From contig JBHLON010000048.1 of the NCBI GenBank assembly GCA_048940445.1, positions 1-18,040 of the forward strand: a stretch of DNA of 18,040 nucleotides. The letters are read 5' to 3'. The notes beneath the pieces were generated by a model. It was given only the letters and a program-made list of their open reading frames with translations. It was not told where the DNA came from and ran no database searches. The position numbers and the translations under genes are program-made. The stretch is from Promethearchaeota archaeon. GTDB taxonomy: Archaea; Asgardarchaeota; Lokiarchaeia; Sigyniarchaeales; SOKP01. Below are positions 16,599 to 18,040 of the stretch, piece after piece; the first letter of the stretch is position 1; the number at the start of each line of letters is the position of its first letter.

Positions 16599-18040
16599 AT
16601 GACGGAAAATAAGGAGGATGTTTTAAAGTCTAGAGTATATGCAAGGCAGCAATTAATTGATGGATGGGATCAAGAGGCTCTTGAGAAAGCATGTTTAATG
16701 ATTGTGGGAGTTGGTGCACTTGGATGTGAAATTGCTAAAGATTTTGCATTAATGGGCATAGGAAAACTCATTCTTGTAGATTTAGATACTATAGAAACTT
16801 CTAATTTATCAAGGCAAATGTTATTCAAACCCGGAGATGAGGGGCGTTCTAAGGCAGAAGTAGCAGCTGAGCGATTGAAAGAAATGAATCCCTTTTTAGA
16901 AACTGATTCTTATTTTGAGAAGCTCCAAAAATTATCTATGTCAGTATATGAAGAATCTGATGTAGTGGTTGCCGCTTTAGATAATTTTAATGCTAGATTG
17001 GACTTGAATAAAATTTGTCTAAGATTAAAAAAACCAATGATTGAAGGAGGGACTGTAGGTTTTGAAGGACATGTTCAAATTATAATCCCTGAAGGTTCTG
17101 GAATTAATTATAAAGATAGAATCACTGAAATTCAGAATATTGTTGATAGTAAAATGTGGGAGCTTGATACACCCGAATATCAGGATGCTTTAAGAGAAAT
17201 TGATGAGTTAGAACAAAAAATAGAAAGAATAAGGCAAAATGTAATCGATCCTATTAGAGAACAAATTCGGAAACAAGTGGAGGTGGATTTTGATACAAAG
17301 TATGCTGAAAATGTGTTGAATGTTACTCCTTGTTATAGATGTCTTGTTCCAATTCCACCTGCTGATGACAAATTAATTGCTGCTTGTACCTTAAAGGGGT
17401 TACCTAGAAATAGAAATCATTGTGTAATAAAAGCGGAGGTTGACTTTGAAAAAAAATATGGTTTTAAACCAGATATGAATATGGATGAAGACGTTATAGA
17501 GTTAAAACAACTGGCACAACAAGAACTCGAAAAATTAAGGCAACGTGTATTTAATGAAAATGTACCTACAGAAAAGCTAGAGTCTTTAGGTTCTGAAGAG
17601 ATCCAAGAATGGAAAGATAATATTAAAGGAACATTTGGTCCAGATTTTAAATTCGAAGAAATGGAGAATATATTGGGAAATAAAATTGCTGCTATTCAAT
17701 CAGTAAGCTCAGTTATAGCTAGCATACAATCACAGGAAGCATTAAAATTAATATTTAGATTACATGGTAGAGATGTTGGATCACCAATGGATCCTCCCTA
17801 TATTAATTATAACGGTGTATATGGTCAATTTGATCATCTTGATATTGTGAAAAGAGATGATTGCTTAGCTTGTGGCAAAATTGAAGGTGAAGAGAATATA
17901 CAAATTGTTGTACCTTTTGATGCAGATATTGGATATATATTTAAGGCTCTGAGAATAGTTGGACATTCCTTAGAGCCAATCTTGTGGATGATTACTAATC
18001 CTGCTTCAAAAGAAATATATTGGAATCCATATATTCCTTC
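16599..18040 (+). CDS. Eukaryote-type ubiquitin-like activating enzyme E1 (UBA3/UBA2-like, ThiF superfamily), 3'-truncated by the window
   Basis: Not in the ORF track; translated by hand from ATG 16599 with no stop before the window end (480 codons). Motifs: VYARQ, IVGVGALGCE (GxGxxG), DLDTIETSNLSRQMLF, GRSKAEVAA, ALDNFNAR, PMIEGGTVGFEGHVQIIIP, Zn sites CYRC (C245/C248) and CLAC (C422/C425), catalytic CTLKGLPRNRNHC (C263, codon at 17385), NKIAAIQSVSSVIASIQSQEALKL. Confidence 0.95.
   Translation, partial: MTENKEDVLKSRVYARQQLIDGWDQEALEKACLMIVGVGALGCEIAKDFALMGIGKLILVDLDTIETSNLSRQMLFKPGDEGRSKAEVAAERLKEMNPFLETDSYFEKLQKLSMSVYEESDVVVAALDNFNARLDLNKICLRLKKPMIEGGTVGFEGHVQIIIPEGSGINYKDRITEIQNIVDSKMWELDTPEYQDALREIDELEQKIERIRQNVIDPIREQIRKQVEVDFDTKYAENVLNVTPCYRCLVPIPPADDKLIAACTLKGLPRNRNHCVIKAEVDFEKKYGFKPDMNMDEDVIELKQLAQQELEKLRQRVFNENVPTEKLESLGSEEIQEWKDNIKGTFGPDFKFEEMENILGNKIAAIQSVSSVIASIQSQEALKLIFRLHGRDVGSPMDPPYINYNGVYGQFDHLDIVKRDDCLACGKIEGEENIQIVVPFDADIGYIFKALRIVGHSLEPILWMITNPASKEIYWNPYIP

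Noticed and set aside
16611-16626. Shine-Dalgarno-like AAGGAGG followed by ATG
   Set aside because: It lies inside the E1 coding frame (K-E-D codons), and the following ATG is out of frame and stops at once (ATG TTT TAA).
17091-17324. Possible intein in the E1
   Set aside because: Too short, helical in pattern, and lacks intein splice-junction motifs (N-terminal Cys/Ser block, TxxH, terminal HN followed by C/S/T).
1-18040. CRISPR arrays, tRNA/rRNA genes, transposases or integrases
   Set aside because: No repeat-spacer pattern, no GC-rich structured RNA segment and no recombinase motifs were seen. Intergenic gaps are short and AT-rich.

Overview
AT-rich archaeal window, most consistent with an Asgard archaeon (Lokiarchaeia-like) on gene content. 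The left end holds a glycosylation pair (NDP-sugar epimerase and a GT-C-like polytopic membrane protein) and a UPF0280/ApbE-like gene. A run of eukaryotic-signature genes follows, interleaved with two metabolic genes (aspartate kinase and a RACo/ASKHA corrinoid reductive activator). The signature genes are a roadblock/LC7 protein, a longin-small GTPase-helical-Pro-rich-coiled-coil fusion, a Rab-like GTPase with no lipid anchor, and a 1648-aa protein of 14 tandem units (MIT/TPR-like helical module plus long charged helix). The last is an ORF missing from the supplied track (16599 to the window end) encoding a eukaryote-type UBA3/UBA2-like E1 with a catalytic-cysteine domain and an unusual 78-aa helical insertion. 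The giant repeat protein next to the E1, in a small-GTPase neighbourhood, is the best candidate for an undescribed system. All family calls come from reading motifs by eye, not from database searches.
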